Assembly (NCBI GenBank): GCA_021821445.1
Contig: JAKACK010000002.1
Coordinates: 3,224-67,223, forward strand
Source of the DNA: Candidatus Micrarchaeota archaeon
GTDB taxonomy: Archaea; Micrarchaeota; Micrarchaeia; Micrarchaeales; Micrarchaeaceae
Direction: 5' to 3'
Length of the DNA: 64,000 nt
This document shows positions 17,349 through 26,820 of this stretch, in pieces (the first letter of the stretch is position 1; every line of letters starts with the position of its first letter). Both the position numbers and the translations under genes were made by a program. The notes below the pieces were generated by a model that was not told where the DNA came from, did not search any database, and saw only the letters and a list, made by a program, of their open reading frames with translations.

Positions 17349-17834
17349 TTGGTAGATCTTGAATTGGTTGATTTAAATAATGAAGATGAGATAGAATGTA
17401 TAATAGGTCAAGCAGGATTCATAAAAACTATAGAAGATTTATATGAAGCTTTAGTTACATCTACTCCTAAGATAAAATTTGGTATTGCATTTTCGGAAGC
17501 CAGTGGAAAATGCCTTGTTAGAAGTGAGGGTAACGATGATAGTTTAATTAAATTGGCAGAGGAAAATGCTTTAAAGATTGGTGCAGGTCACTCATTTATT
17601 ATATTTTTCAAAGATGCATTTCCTATAAACATATTGAATAATATAAAAAATGTACAGGAGGTATCTAGAATTTATTGTGCTACTGCAAATCCGATAAGTG
17701 TTTTAATTGTAAAATCAAAGCAGGGAAGAGGCATAGCAGGTATTATAGATGGTTATACACCAAAAGGAATTGAAACAGCTGATGATAAAAAGGATAGGCA
17801 TGATTTATTGAGAAAATTTGGTTATAAACTTTAG
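17349..17834 (+). CDS. Adenosine-specific kinase family (COG1839/DUF355)
   Basis: FIKTIEDLYEAL, FGIAFSEASG, GAGHSF, YCATANP, GRGIAGIIDG, FGYKL. Confidence 0.9.
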   Translation: MVDLELVDLNNEDEIECIIGQAGFIKTIEDLYEALVTSTPKIKFGIAFSEASGKCLVRSEGNDDSLIKLAEENALKIGAGHSFIIFFKDAFPINILNNIKNVQEVSRIYCATANPISVLIVKSKQGRGIAGIIDGYTPKGIETADDKKDRHDLLRKFGYKL

Positions 17835-17836
17835 AT

Positions 17837-18448
17837 TTACTTTTTGGTATAAATTATTCTTATAAAGTTGTGTTTAATTTTAATATTTTTGATATTTAAA
17901 TTTGCCTTATTGCCATAATTTATTAAATCGGATTTGTAAACCATATGTTTTTTAGCTAAAAAATATTCTATTTTTTCAGTAATCCCTTTACCTTTTGTTT
18001 TTAAAAATTCATAAATTATTATTTCACCGTTTTTATTTAAATGATGTGATAGGTATATAAGTGAACCCACTTTGTCATTCCAATGATGCATTGACAATGC
18101 ACTTATGATTATATCAAATTTAATTTTAAATGGAATATAAGTACTGCTACCTACATTGAAAGTTGTATTCTTTTGTTTATTTTTATTTGCAATTTCAATC
18201 ATATATAATGATGGATCTATACCAAATAGGTTTAAATTTTTATTTTTTAATGCCAAATCGTTAATTATATTTCCGGTTCCACAACCAATATCAATTAGGG
18301 TTTTAAACTTTCTTTTGTATAAATCAGATTCGACAAATTTATAAAATGAATTAATCTTAGTTATTTTATTTTGAAATATGGAATAAAGATTTGAAGTTAT
18401 ATATCCAAATTTTTCTTCGCCACTTTTATATAGATTTACTTTTTTCAT
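17837..18448 (-). CDS. Class I SAM-dependent methyltransferase
   Basis: IDIGCGTG, GIDPS, FDIIIS..SMHHW. Confidence 0.88.
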   Translation of the reverse strand: MKKVNLYKSGEEKFGYITSNLYSIFQNKITKINSFYKFVESDLYKRKFKTLIDIGCGTGNIINDLALKNKNLNLFGIDPSLYMIEIANKNKQKNTTFNVGSSTYIPFKIKFDIIISALSMHHWNDKVGSLIYLSHHLNKNGEIIIYEFLKTKGKGITEKIEYFLAKKHMVYKSDLINYGNKANLNIKNIKIKHNFIRIIYTKK

Positions 18449-19505
18449 TTTTAGTAACCCTTTTATTCTCGTATATTTTTTCAGATAATTTTAATATATA
18501 ATTTGCATAACTATGAATGGATTCAGGGTTTTTAATATTGAGTTTTACCTTTTTATCAACAGATGCTCCTGCTGCCCTTTCATGGCCATTACCACCTAAA
18601 ATACTTGCTATTTCAATACTGTTTACTTTATCGTTTGATCTAATACTTATTTTATTTTCTTTAGGTCCTATAAAAATTGATATATCACAATTTGTAGTAT
18701 CTTTTATTATTGATGCTGCTTTATTTGATTCTATGAAATTAGCAAAACCAACTCCAACTATTATTTTATTTGAAAGTTGCTTTTTAAAAATATTTTTCTT
18801 TAAAGTTATAATGCTATCCTTCTCCTCTATTATATACTGATTGGCATAATCCTTTATTCTGTCTGAATCTATATTTCCTTCTGATATAACCTCTACTAAT
18901 TTACTCAAATCATTTAAATGGTGATTATTTATGTAAGTTATAGCTTCGATTAAATTATTTATTGTTTCTCCCTTATTTGGAAGATTAAAATCTGTTTTAT
19001 GGGCTATGTTGGATAATTTTTCACCAAGATTGGTATCTTTGAAATACGAGATTATTAAATTTTGATATACGAGTTCTGCACCACAATATTTTCCATTATC
19101 TCCCCCAATTATATAATCGCACCTCCTTCCAATATCATTTATAGCTTTATCTGTCCAATTGTGATGGTCTAACCATATTATTTTAGAATTTGTAGCTTTA
19201 AGGTGATTTATTAAATCAGTAAATAGAGGTATAGTTTTTTCATCTATACCTAAATCAGATAGTATTATTATTTTACTTTTATTATCTGATTTTACTATAT
19301 CTAATACCTCTTTTATCTTTTCTGGAGTGTAATCACAGAATAGAATATTTTGTATAGGTATCTTAAAATAATGCCTTATTATAGATGCACTACCTATACC
19401 GTCAAAATCCGCTATGTGCGTTATATTATATACTTTTGAAGGATTTTCTATAGATTCTTCTATAACCTTACTTATGTCTAAATTTGTATATCTGAAAGTC
19501 TTCAT
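18426..19505 (-). CDS. DHH/DHHA1 phosphoesterase (NrnB/nanoRNase-like)
   Basis: ITH.ADFDG, SDLG, WLDHH, CGA, SIRS, GGNGHERAAG. Confidence 0.9.
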   Translation of the reverse strand: MKTFRYTNLDISKVIEESIENPSKVYNITHIADFDGIGSASIIRHYFKIPIQNILFCDYTPEKIKEVLDIVKSDNKSKIIILSDLGIDEKTIPLFTDLINHLKATNSKIIWLDHHNWTDKAINDIGRRCDYIIGGDNGKYCGAELVYQNLIISYFKDTNLGEKLSNIAHKTDFNLPNKGETINNLIEAITYINNHHLNDLSKLVEVISEGNIDSDRIKDYANQYIIEEKDSIITLKKNIFKKQLSNKIIVGVGFANFIESNKAASIIKDTTNCDISIFIGPKENKISIRSNDKVNSIEIASILGGNGHERAAGASVDKKVKLNIKNPESIHSYANYILKLSEKIYENKRVTKNEKSKSI

Positions 19506-19515
19506 CTATTCACAT

Positions 19516-19686
19516 TTATTTCTTTTGTAATACCCAAATGTAGCCATGCATTCTTGATTTTGCTTCGATTAATTTATCCATATTTGATTTAGGGTTTACA
19601 TTAACTTTAGATTCTAGACGGTCCAATTCTTTTTTATATCCATTGATTCTTTCAATCAAAAAATCCTTATATTCCTCTGCATTCAT
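19516..19686 (-). CDS. Unannotated 56-aa small protein (MNAEEYKDFLIERINGYKKELDRLES...YIWVLQKK)
   Basis: SD GAGGT before ATG. Stop lies 10 nt before the DHH start. Upstream TTTAAATA. Confidence 0.65.
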   Translation of the reverse strand: MNAEEYKDFLIERINGYKKELDRLESKVNVNPKSNMDKLIEAKSRMHGYIWVLQKK

Positions 19687-19821
19687 AACATTACCTCTTA
19701 ATTTTATATTTAATTTAACTTAATTTTTATCTATTATTATATTGTTTACTAGATATTTAAATATTTACAATTAGTCAAACTCCAGATTATTTTAGGGGCT
19801 TAAAAAAGTATTTATAAAAAG

Positions 19822-19946
19822 CGCCAGGGTAGGGATTTGAACCCTAAAGCCCTTGCGGGCACCGGTTTACCTGTTTGCATCACTAATCAGCTCTTGATGT
19901 TTTAAAAACTCAAGACCGGCGCGATACCGGTTTCTGCCACCCTGGC
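19822..19946 (-). tRNA. tRNA-Ser(UGA) with 41-nt canonical 37/38 intron (19868-19908)
   Basis: Acceptor GCCAGGG/CCCTGGC, variable arm GCCC-GCAA-GGGC, BHB central helix CUUG/CAGG with 3-nt bulges. Confidence 0.93.
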
Positions 19947-19996
19947 TTTATGATATTTTTAGAATGAAAATATTTAAATCTAATTATGTGATTTTT

Positions 19997-21766
19997 ATGT
20001 TACTAGATAAATTATATTTATATTTTGATGATAAATTAAATAGTCTCAACAAGAATAAAAATACTAATAATATTAATATAGGCAAAACTATTTATAAATT
20101 ATATAAAAGTTCTAATATTAATATAGGGATTTATAGGAAACCTGATATTGATTTTTCTTATTTTTGGAAAAAAACGGATAAGGTTTGTAATATAATTTTT
20201 GAAAAAGAAAGAAATTCTAATGTACTTATTTCTGGTATGAGTGGATCTGGTAAGAGTACGGTTATGAAAGACATTTTATTACAATTATACAAAAATGTAC
20301 CTGTATTAATCATAGACCCTAATGGAGAATACGAGACTATTATCAATGAATTAGGAGGTAAATATTTAGATGCAGAATCTTACGCAATAAACCCTCTTTC
20401 TTTAGATGGGATTAGTGTAAATGAACGTATATCAGAGATTTCAACAACTTTTGAAAACTTATTTAATCTTGGAAGCCATCAGTCTTATAAGTTAAGACAG
20501 ATTATACATTATATATATAGAAATAAGGGTATTAGCAATTTAAATGAAAAAAGCATAGAAATAGAACCGAATATGACAGATCTTATAAATGAAATGAATC
20601 TATTTATAAAAAATTCAAATGTAAAACAGGAAATTTACTCATTATCTAATATGAAAAATAAATTTGAGTTAATCAACAATATAACAAGAAATGCAGTAAA
20701 TTTAGATATTAGTTTTATAACAAAAGGACTTTCAGGTTTAGGATTATCTAAAATAAAGGATGAAAAATTACGTTTCTTATATCTTCATGAATTATTTAAT
20801 AGGATATACAATATGATGCATGATCAAAGCATTGAACAAGGCCCTAGATTATATATTTTTATAGATGAAGCGGATACAATTGTAAGTGAAGATGTTTATA
20901 AGGAAACATTATCTAAATTCTTTGAAGAAGGTAGAAAGTATGGATTTGGTACTATTATTGCAACTCATCAAGTTTCATCTTTACCTAAACAAATGGTAGC
21001 TAACTCTTCAATTTTTATATCCTTTTACTCAAGGGAACCTACCGAATTAAACTATATATCAAATATCTATTCAGCATCTACAAATGAAACTAATCAGGTT
21101 ATAAAATCTATGATAAGTAGATTAAAGCAAAATCAATTTATGCTGTTATCTTATTCTAATAATAACCCAATAGTAGTGCAGGGTAAATCTTATAAAAATT
21201 TTGATTTAAGGCTAATAGATAATGATAGTGAAAACAATATAAACAGTAATAAGATTAAAGCTTATAAATACATTAAGGATAATTTAAGATACCCTGTTTT
21301 ATATTCTGATCTAATTAAGCAGCTTCCAGAAAATATTATACAAAATTATATAGATAAAGGTATTTTAGATCAGATATATATTAAAGATAAAAGATACGTT
21401 ATGCTTAAAAAAGGAAATGTTAGTATAAAACATGAAGCAAACATAGCATATTTTATAGATTTATTTAATAAGTGGGGAATAAAAGTTTACAAGGGATTTG
21501 GAAGTAATAAACCTGATATAATATGTAATATCAATAGAAAAAATATTGCTATAGAATATGAAACAGGAAAGAAAAATTTAGCAGATACGAAGAGAATGAT
21601 AGAAGGGAGATTCCCTTATTTTTATTACGTGATCATTATAGTTGATAATAACTATTATAAAATTTATAAAAGTTATCTAAAACGTAAAAATGTGTTTATT
21701 TTTGATAATAAAAATGAGAATAGTATAATTGAATTTATAACAGAGTTAAAAAAAGATAAAATTTAG
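19997..21766 (+). CDS. HerA/VirB4-like P-loop ATPase with C-terminal PD-(D/E)xK nuclease-like domain
   Basis: Walker A GMSGSGKS, IIDPNGEY, Walker B IFIDEA, EGRKYG...ATHQ. C-terminal KHE...KPDII...IAIEYETG. Confidence 0.82.
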   Translation: MLLDKLYLYFDDKLNSLNKNKNTNNINIGKTIYKLYKSSNINIGIYRKPDIDFSYFWKKTDKVCNIIFEKERNSNVLISGMSGSGKSTVMKDILLQLYKNVPVLIIDPNGEYETIINELGGKYLDAESYAINPLSLDGISVNERISEISTTFENLFNLGSHQSYKLRQIIHYIYRNKGISNLNEKSIEIEPNMTDLINEMNLFIKNSNVKQEIYSLSNMKNKFELINNITRNAVNLDISFITKGLSGLGLSKIKDEKLRFLYLHELFNRIYNMMHDQSIEQGPRLYIFIDEADTIVSEDVYKETLSKFFEEGRKYGFGTIIATHQVSSLPKQMVANSSIFISFYSREPTELNYISNIYSASTNETNQVIKSMISRLKQNQFMLLSYSNNNPIVVQGKSYKNFDLRLIDNDSENNINSNKIKAYKYIKDNLRYPVLYSDLIKQLPENIIQNYIDKGILDQIYIKDKRYVMLKKGNVSIKHEANIAYFIDLFNKWGIKVYKGFGSNKPDIICNINRKNIAIEYETGKKNLADTKRMIEGRFPYFYYVIIIVDNNYYKIYKSYLKRKNVFIFDNKNENSIIEFITELKKDKI

Positions 21767-21971
21767 ACTAATTAATTGATAAGTTTGTAATCCAAATTAT
21801 TCAAAAATTAATAATGAATATATAAAGATGTATTTTAATTTATATAGTGATTGACTTTATATTATTAATAATTTATTTTAGATTTAAAAATAATTAATTT
21901 ATTAGAAAATCTGGATTAAATGTTTATTTTTATTATCAAATTGATAATTTTTGATTAAAAAAGATGATAAA

Positions 21972-22904
21972 ATGTTAGATAATGACCAAAGTTGTGAAAT
22001 TAACCAATATGAATTAAAAGAAAATCACAAACTTGAAATTAATTATAAAAAAACCTGTGAATGTCCTGATAACCATATAAGTTGTATTGATGCTAAAACA
22101 TGGTTAAAATCTCAGGTAGCAATACAAGAATTTTATTATGAAAAAAGAGATATCAGAAATAAAAATATTCACCCTGCAACTTTTCCAATAGGATTACCGA
22201 AATTTTTTATAAATTTGTTAACACATGAAGGGGAGCTAGTTTTAGATCCATTTGGAGGATTAGGAACAACATTAATTGCTGCAAGGGATTTAAAAAGAAA
22301 TGCTATTGCCTTTGATTTAAAAAATGAATATGTGACTTATGCTAATAAGAGATTAAAAAATTTATTACCTACTAATTCTACTACACAAATAGAGATAAAT
22401 GATAATGCATTGAATATAAATGATTATTTATATGAAAATACAGTTAAATTAATAGTAACTTCTCCACCGTATGCTAATTTATTAAATCATAAAAGAAAAA
22501 ATAAAAGTAAAAGAGGAGATTTAAGGAAAGATAAATATTATGACAAAATACAGCAATATTCTGATAACAAAGATGATTTAGGGACATTAGAAATTGATGA
22601 CTTTGTAGATAAATTAGGTATGATTTATAAGAAATTATTTCCTTTATTGGTAGAAAAAGGGCATTCTGTAATAGATATAACAGATATATGGGATAATAGT
22701 GTTAAATATGGTAGAAGATTACCATTACATTTGAAAACAATAAATAAAATGGAAAGTATTGGATATGAACTTAGAAATATTATAATATGGGATAGAAGAA
22801 ATTTAATAAATAAGGTAGGTATATTTGGTTGGCCTAATAATTATATTACCTTAGGGACAACTTTTGAGTATTTATTGGATTTTTGGAAACCACCTAAGGC
22901 ATAA
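21972..22904 (+). CDS. Amino-DNA methyltransferase (probably m4C, SPPY type)
   Basis: HPATFP, VLDPFGGLGTT (motif I), VTSPPY (motif IV), IIIWD. Confidence 0.9.
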   Translation: MLDNDQSCEINQYELKENHKLEINYKKTCECPDNHISCIDAKTWLKSQVAIQEFYYEKRDIRNKNIHPATFPIGLPKFFINLLTHEGELVLDPFGGLGTTLIAARDLKRNAIAFDLKNEYVTYANKRLKNLLPTNSTTQIEINDNALNINDYLYENTVKLIVTSPPYANLLNHKRKNKSKRGDLRKDKYYDKIQQYSDNKDDLGTLEIDDFVDKLGMIYKKLFPLLVEKGHSVIDITDIWDNSVKYGRRLPLHLKTINKMESIGYELRNIIIWDRRNLINKVGIFGWPNNYITLGTTFEYLLDFWKPPKA

Positions 22905-23589
22905 TACCATTTAAAGAAAAATATTTCATATCTTTGCCTAATTCGTTAATATCTTTAAATCTTTTACCTTTTTTAGATTTAATGTAATCTAAGGTGCCTT
23001 TAGGAACATAACAATAACCGTTAGTATTTTTTAGGCTTTTATCTATGACATTTATATTTTCCTCTGTAAATTCTGTTGGTTGATTAAAAAAACCTGCTAA
23101 ACTATCACCATCAAATTTTAAACCTCTTGTACCTCTTTCCCTTAAGGAAACATTTTTAACTTCTATTCGGTGTATTTTGTTTTTATCCCCTTTATAGTAA
23201 ATAGTAAAATCGGTATGATTTTTTCTCCTAACATAATCCCTATCCTTTATTAAACCCTCTTTTTGAATTTCGTAATTTATACATAATTCTGCAATAGAAC
23301 CTGATAAAGGTTGTACAGATTGTCTAATTTTTATAGACACTTCTTCCATAAAATTGCTATACTCAATATTATTTACCATTCTTTTTTTAAGAAAAGCTTC
23401 TTTTATTTTTTCTTTATCCTCATCTGATATTTTTAAAGCTGATATAAAATTCTCGAGTTCGTATTTATAATATTTTTCTTTTTCTTTTATTAAAATTTCA
23501 TAAGTTTTTTTATGTAATTCTAATATATCATTTTCGTTTTTCAAATTTTCCAATGCTTTATTAAATATTTCTTCTGATGTTAATTTCAT
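22894..23589 (-). CDS. Putative type II restriction endonuclease (CCGG-family-like)
   Basis: QS...SG...E, TDFTIY, IEVKNVSLRER (K-x-x-x-L-R-E-R as in the Ecl18kI/EcoRII-C group). Convergent with and overlapping the MTase by 11 nt. Confidence 0.7.
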   Translation of the reverse strand: MKLTSEEIFNKALENLKNENDILELHKKTYEILIKEKEKYYKYELENFISALKISDEDKEKIKEAFLKKRMVNNIEYSNFMEEVSIKIRQSVQPLSGSIAELCINYEIQKEGLIKDRDYVRRKNHTDFTIYYKGDKNKIHRIEVKNVSLRERGTRGLKFDGDSLAGFFNQPTEFTEENINVIDKSLKNTNGYCYVPKGTLDYIKSKKGKRFKDINELGKDMKYFSLNGIMP

Positions 23590-23883
23590 ATTATCAACTA
23601 ATTTTATAATTATATATATAAATTACTTTTTTTAATATACAAATTTATCTTCATAAATCAATCTATTTAAATTTGCTTTTTAGATTATAAATAGGTGTGT
23701 TATATAGAGATATATAATAAGTAGAGACTAGATATTGTGATTAATAAATTAATTTTTGACTAATTTATTTCAGTATGAATTTATTCTATAATATTTTATT
23801 ACTTTTATTTATAATTATCAAAAATTTTTAATAACGCATTATGATAATATTTGATTAATAACAATTATCATTTAACAGTATTT

Positions 23884-24678
23884 TTATTTTAAAATTGACT
23901 CTTTTCTGAAACTTTTTATACCTACATAAAGAATAATTGAATCTATTATTATCAACAATATTATTATTGCAGAAAAGAAAAATGAGTTCAGATCTGCTAT
24001 CCCTATTATTGATACAAACGGTAAAACTAATATTGGAAGTATCATTAAGGTACTAATTTGTTGAGCTTCTTTAACCCCCTTAACATGAGATGATACAAGA
24101 ACTACTAGACCAATTGCTGCTATAGCTAAAAATGGAGCGGTTAATAACATTAAAAGCCATGGTAATGTTGGCAATATATTCAAATGAAATATACTTTGTG
24201 AGAAATAATCTGTTACACCACCATAAATACCAAATATAGCCACCGTGAGTATCATTGTTGGAACAAATGAAGCTAAAATTTTACCAAATAGTAATTCAGA
24301 TTTTGATATTGGCATCGATAAAAGGGATTCTGATGTCCCTCTTTCTTTTTCACCTGCAAAACTATCTGCAGCTATTACTGAAGCTGTAAAAATAGGCATT
24401 GTTAAAAATACAGGCCCTAATACATTTATAGAAAAAAATTCCATAAATTTTAGACTTCTTATGCTGCTAGATAATACAGAGGTAGATACTTTTATTGCAG
24501 ATGGCAATAATTTTGAGGTTATAGTTGGAGCTGCATATAATGTTATATAAAAAGTTATTAGTGGGAGTATTACTGCAAAAAATACAGGTATTCCTATCAT
24601 GGGTCCATATATTGATATGCTTGAAAAGGTTTCTTTCAAATCCTTCTTCATCAAAGCATTAACTTTAAATAATTCCAT
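23884..24678 (-). CDS. ABC-2 type transporter permease
   Basis: AADSFAGEKERGTSESLL..PIS..ELLFGK and about 6 TM helices. Confidence 0.9.
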   Translation of the reverse strand: MELFKVNALMKKDLKETFSSISIYGPMIGIPVFFAVILPLITFYITLYAAPTITSKLLPSAIKVSTSVLSSSIRSLKFMEFFSINVLGPVFLTMPIFTASVIAADSFAGEKERGTSESLLSMPISKSELLFGKILASFVPTMILTVAIFGIYGGVTDYFSQSIFHLNILPTLPWLLMLLTAPFLAIAAIGLVVLVSSHVKGVKEAQQISTLMILPILVLPFVSIIGIADLNSFFFSAIIILLIIIDSIILYVGIKSFRKESILK

Positions 24679-24854
24679 AATAATGTTTTATATTATACAA
24701 TTTTAAATGTTTAATAATTAATTTAGTAATAGGTTTATTATTAGACTGTGAATTTAATAATCTTAATATGAACAGTTCTAAAATTTATTCAGATAAATTT
24801 ATTTATTATGATAATATTTATTATTAATATTTAAATTTGAAATAAGGTGCTATT

Positions 24855-25853
24855 ATGTCGGATTTACCAAAAGTTATAAAGGATAAAATGAGTCATCAGG
24901 GATATCATTTTGTTGGAAAGCATTCTGCTGTTAAAATATGTGAATACACTGCAAATGGATTAGAAGGAAAAACTTTATGTTATAAATATTCTTTTTATGG
25001 GATACATAGTTGGCAATGTATACAGAGTACTCCTGCTATAGGATGTGATCTTGCGTGTAAATTCTGTTGGAGATTAATACCAGAAGAAATGGGTGTACCT
25101 TGGAATGAATTAAATGCAGCGGATAATTGGGATGATCCTGAAAAAATTGTTGATGGGATGATAGAAGAACAACGAAAGATAGTGAGCGGGTATAAATCAG
25201 TTGCAGACACAGAATTAAAACAAAGAAGATGGAAGGAAGCTAGAGAACCTAAACATGTGGCTCTTAGTCTTACTGGAGAACCTACATTTTACCCAAAGCT
25301 AAGTAAATTACTTGAAACATTCCATAAAAGAGGTATAAGTACTTTCTTAGTTACAAATGGTACACTACCTGAAGTTATAAAAAATTTAAACCCCCTTCCA
25401 ACTCAACTTTATATATCAGTAGAAGCTCCAGATGAAGAAACTTACAATAAAGTTGTTCGCCCTAAAATAAATAGTAATGCTTGGGGCAGATATATGGAAA
25501 CTCTAAATATGCTAAAAACACTTAAAACCAGAACTGTTTTGAGAATGACATTAGTTAAAGGTTTAAATATGAACAATATAGAGGGTTATGCTTCATTAAT
25601 AAAAACTGCACAGCCTAATTATGTTGAAGTTAAAGGTTTTTCATATATTGGCGGAGCTAGAAATGAAAGCAGAGGTTTACATATGTCAAGTATGCCAACA
25701 CATGATGAGATAAAGGATTATGCAAATAGATTAGCAGAGTTAAGCAGATATAAAGAAACTTCAGAGCACAGACCAAGTAGAATTGTATTATTATCAAGAG
25801 ATGAAGAATCTGCTAAAAACAGAATAATAGATTTTAGTAAGATAGGACAATAA
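24855..25853 (+). CDS. taw1: 4-demethylwyosine synthase (radical SAM)
   Basis: HSAVKIC, CYK..FYGI.S..CIQ, CDLACKFCWR, SLTGEPT, VTNG, EVKGF. Confidence 0.95.
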   Translation: MSDLPKVIKDKMSHQGYHFVGKHSAVKICEYTANGLEGKTLCYKYSFYGIHSWQCIQSTPAIGCDLACKFCWRLIPEEMGVPWNELNAADNWDDPEKIVDGMIEEQRKIVSGYKSVADTELKQRRWKEAREPKHVALSLTGEPTFYPKLSKLLETFHKRGISTFLVTNGTLPEVIKNLNPLPTQLYISVEAPDEETYNKVVRPKINSNAWGRYMETLNMLKTLKTRTVLRMTLVKGLNMNNIEGYASLIKTAQPNYVEVKGFSYIGGARNESRGLHMSSMPTHDEIKDYANRLAELSRYKETSEHRPSRIVLLSRDEESAKNRIIDFSKIGQ

Positions 25854-25857
25854 TGAA

Positions 25858-26187
25858 TTATAAATCCTTTTTTTTATTTAAAAATATTCTTTTTTTTGTA
25901 CCACAATTTAAACAGGTATAAAGTATAAATCCTTCTTTAGATATACGAATGCTTGTTGTTTTTCCTGGAATTAAAGGTAAATTACATTTTTTACAGATTT
26001 TATTTTTAATTTCAGGAGGTAATTTTACCTTATAGTGCGTTGATAATTTTTTAATTTGTTTAACTAAATAGATTGAATAATTTAAATCATCTATATTTTT
26101 TATAGATAAAAGAAAAAGAATTTTAATCCTATTATAAGCTATACTTTTAGCTAATGTTTTTTCTTTTTTAATTAAAGAATTTCTCAT
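25858..26187 (-). CDS. rnp4: RNase P protein component 4 (Rpp21)
   Basis: IAYNRI..LF, ICKKC..LIPG, TCLNCG zinc ribbon. Confidence 0.88.
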   Translation of the reverse strand: MRNSLIKKEKTLAKSIAYNRIKILFLLSIKNIDDLNYSIYLVKQIKKLSTHYKVKLPPEIKNKICKKCNLPLIPGKTTSIRISKEGFILYTCLNCGTKKRIFLNKKKDL

Positions 26188-26201
26188 TTTATTACTATTA
26201 C

Positions 26202-26726
26202 TTATTCTATATTGAGGTTTTCTAGTATTTTATCAAATAACTCGTCTGTTTTATTTGAATCCTTTACTGTTATTATATTATCAGATATTTCTATATCCTT
26301 TGATGATATAATACCATGGAAAAGTTTTACAAATCTGACAGTATTTGGATCTGATTCTAATGTTGATATCTTTTTATCTGTGATTATATTAGCACGTGCG
26401 ATTATGCTCGTTGAATTGCCAAATGCAATAATAATTTTTTTTGCTTCATTAAATAGGGTTATTATATCAAGTAGAGGTCTAAATTCATACAGTTTGTACT
26501 CATCAATACCTTGACCATCAATTAATATTATACCATCATAATCAGAAGTTGTAACTATATTTGTATTAACATCAATATCTACTATATCACCATGTAAACC
26601 ATGCGCAGATCCACTTGTATAACTACTTATTTTATAATCCAAATCCCATCGTTCTAGAAATAATTTTACTGAAGATAAAGTCTCATCTTTAAAATCTTTT
26701 GGTGAAACGAATATAAGGAATTTCAT
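26202..26726 (-). CDS. DJ-1/PfpI family protein, no nucleophile Cys
   Basis: DFKDE, YDGIILIDGQG, KIIIAFGNS where AICxxP is expected. Confidence 0.75.
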   Translation of the reverse strand: MKFLIFVSPKDFKDETLSSVKLFLERWDLDYKISSYTSGSAHGLHGDIVDIDVNTNIVTTSDYDGIILIDGQGIDEYKLYEFRPLLDIITLFNEAKKIIIAFGNSTSIIARANIITDKKISTLESDPNTVRFVKLFHGIISSKDIEISDNIITVKDSNKTDELFDKILENLNIE

Positions 26727-26820
26727 TGGATCACTATATAGTTATATTTTATAAGGAAAACTTTTATATATTGCTTTTTAAAATCGAAATTTTATAACAA
26801 AAAGAATCTATCTTAAAAAT

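Noticed and set aside
23590-23883. Long AT-rich spacers (also 21767-21950, 28807-29040) as origins or ncRNAs
   Set aside because: No GC-containing repeats or convincing helices. Short A/T palindromes are expected by chance.
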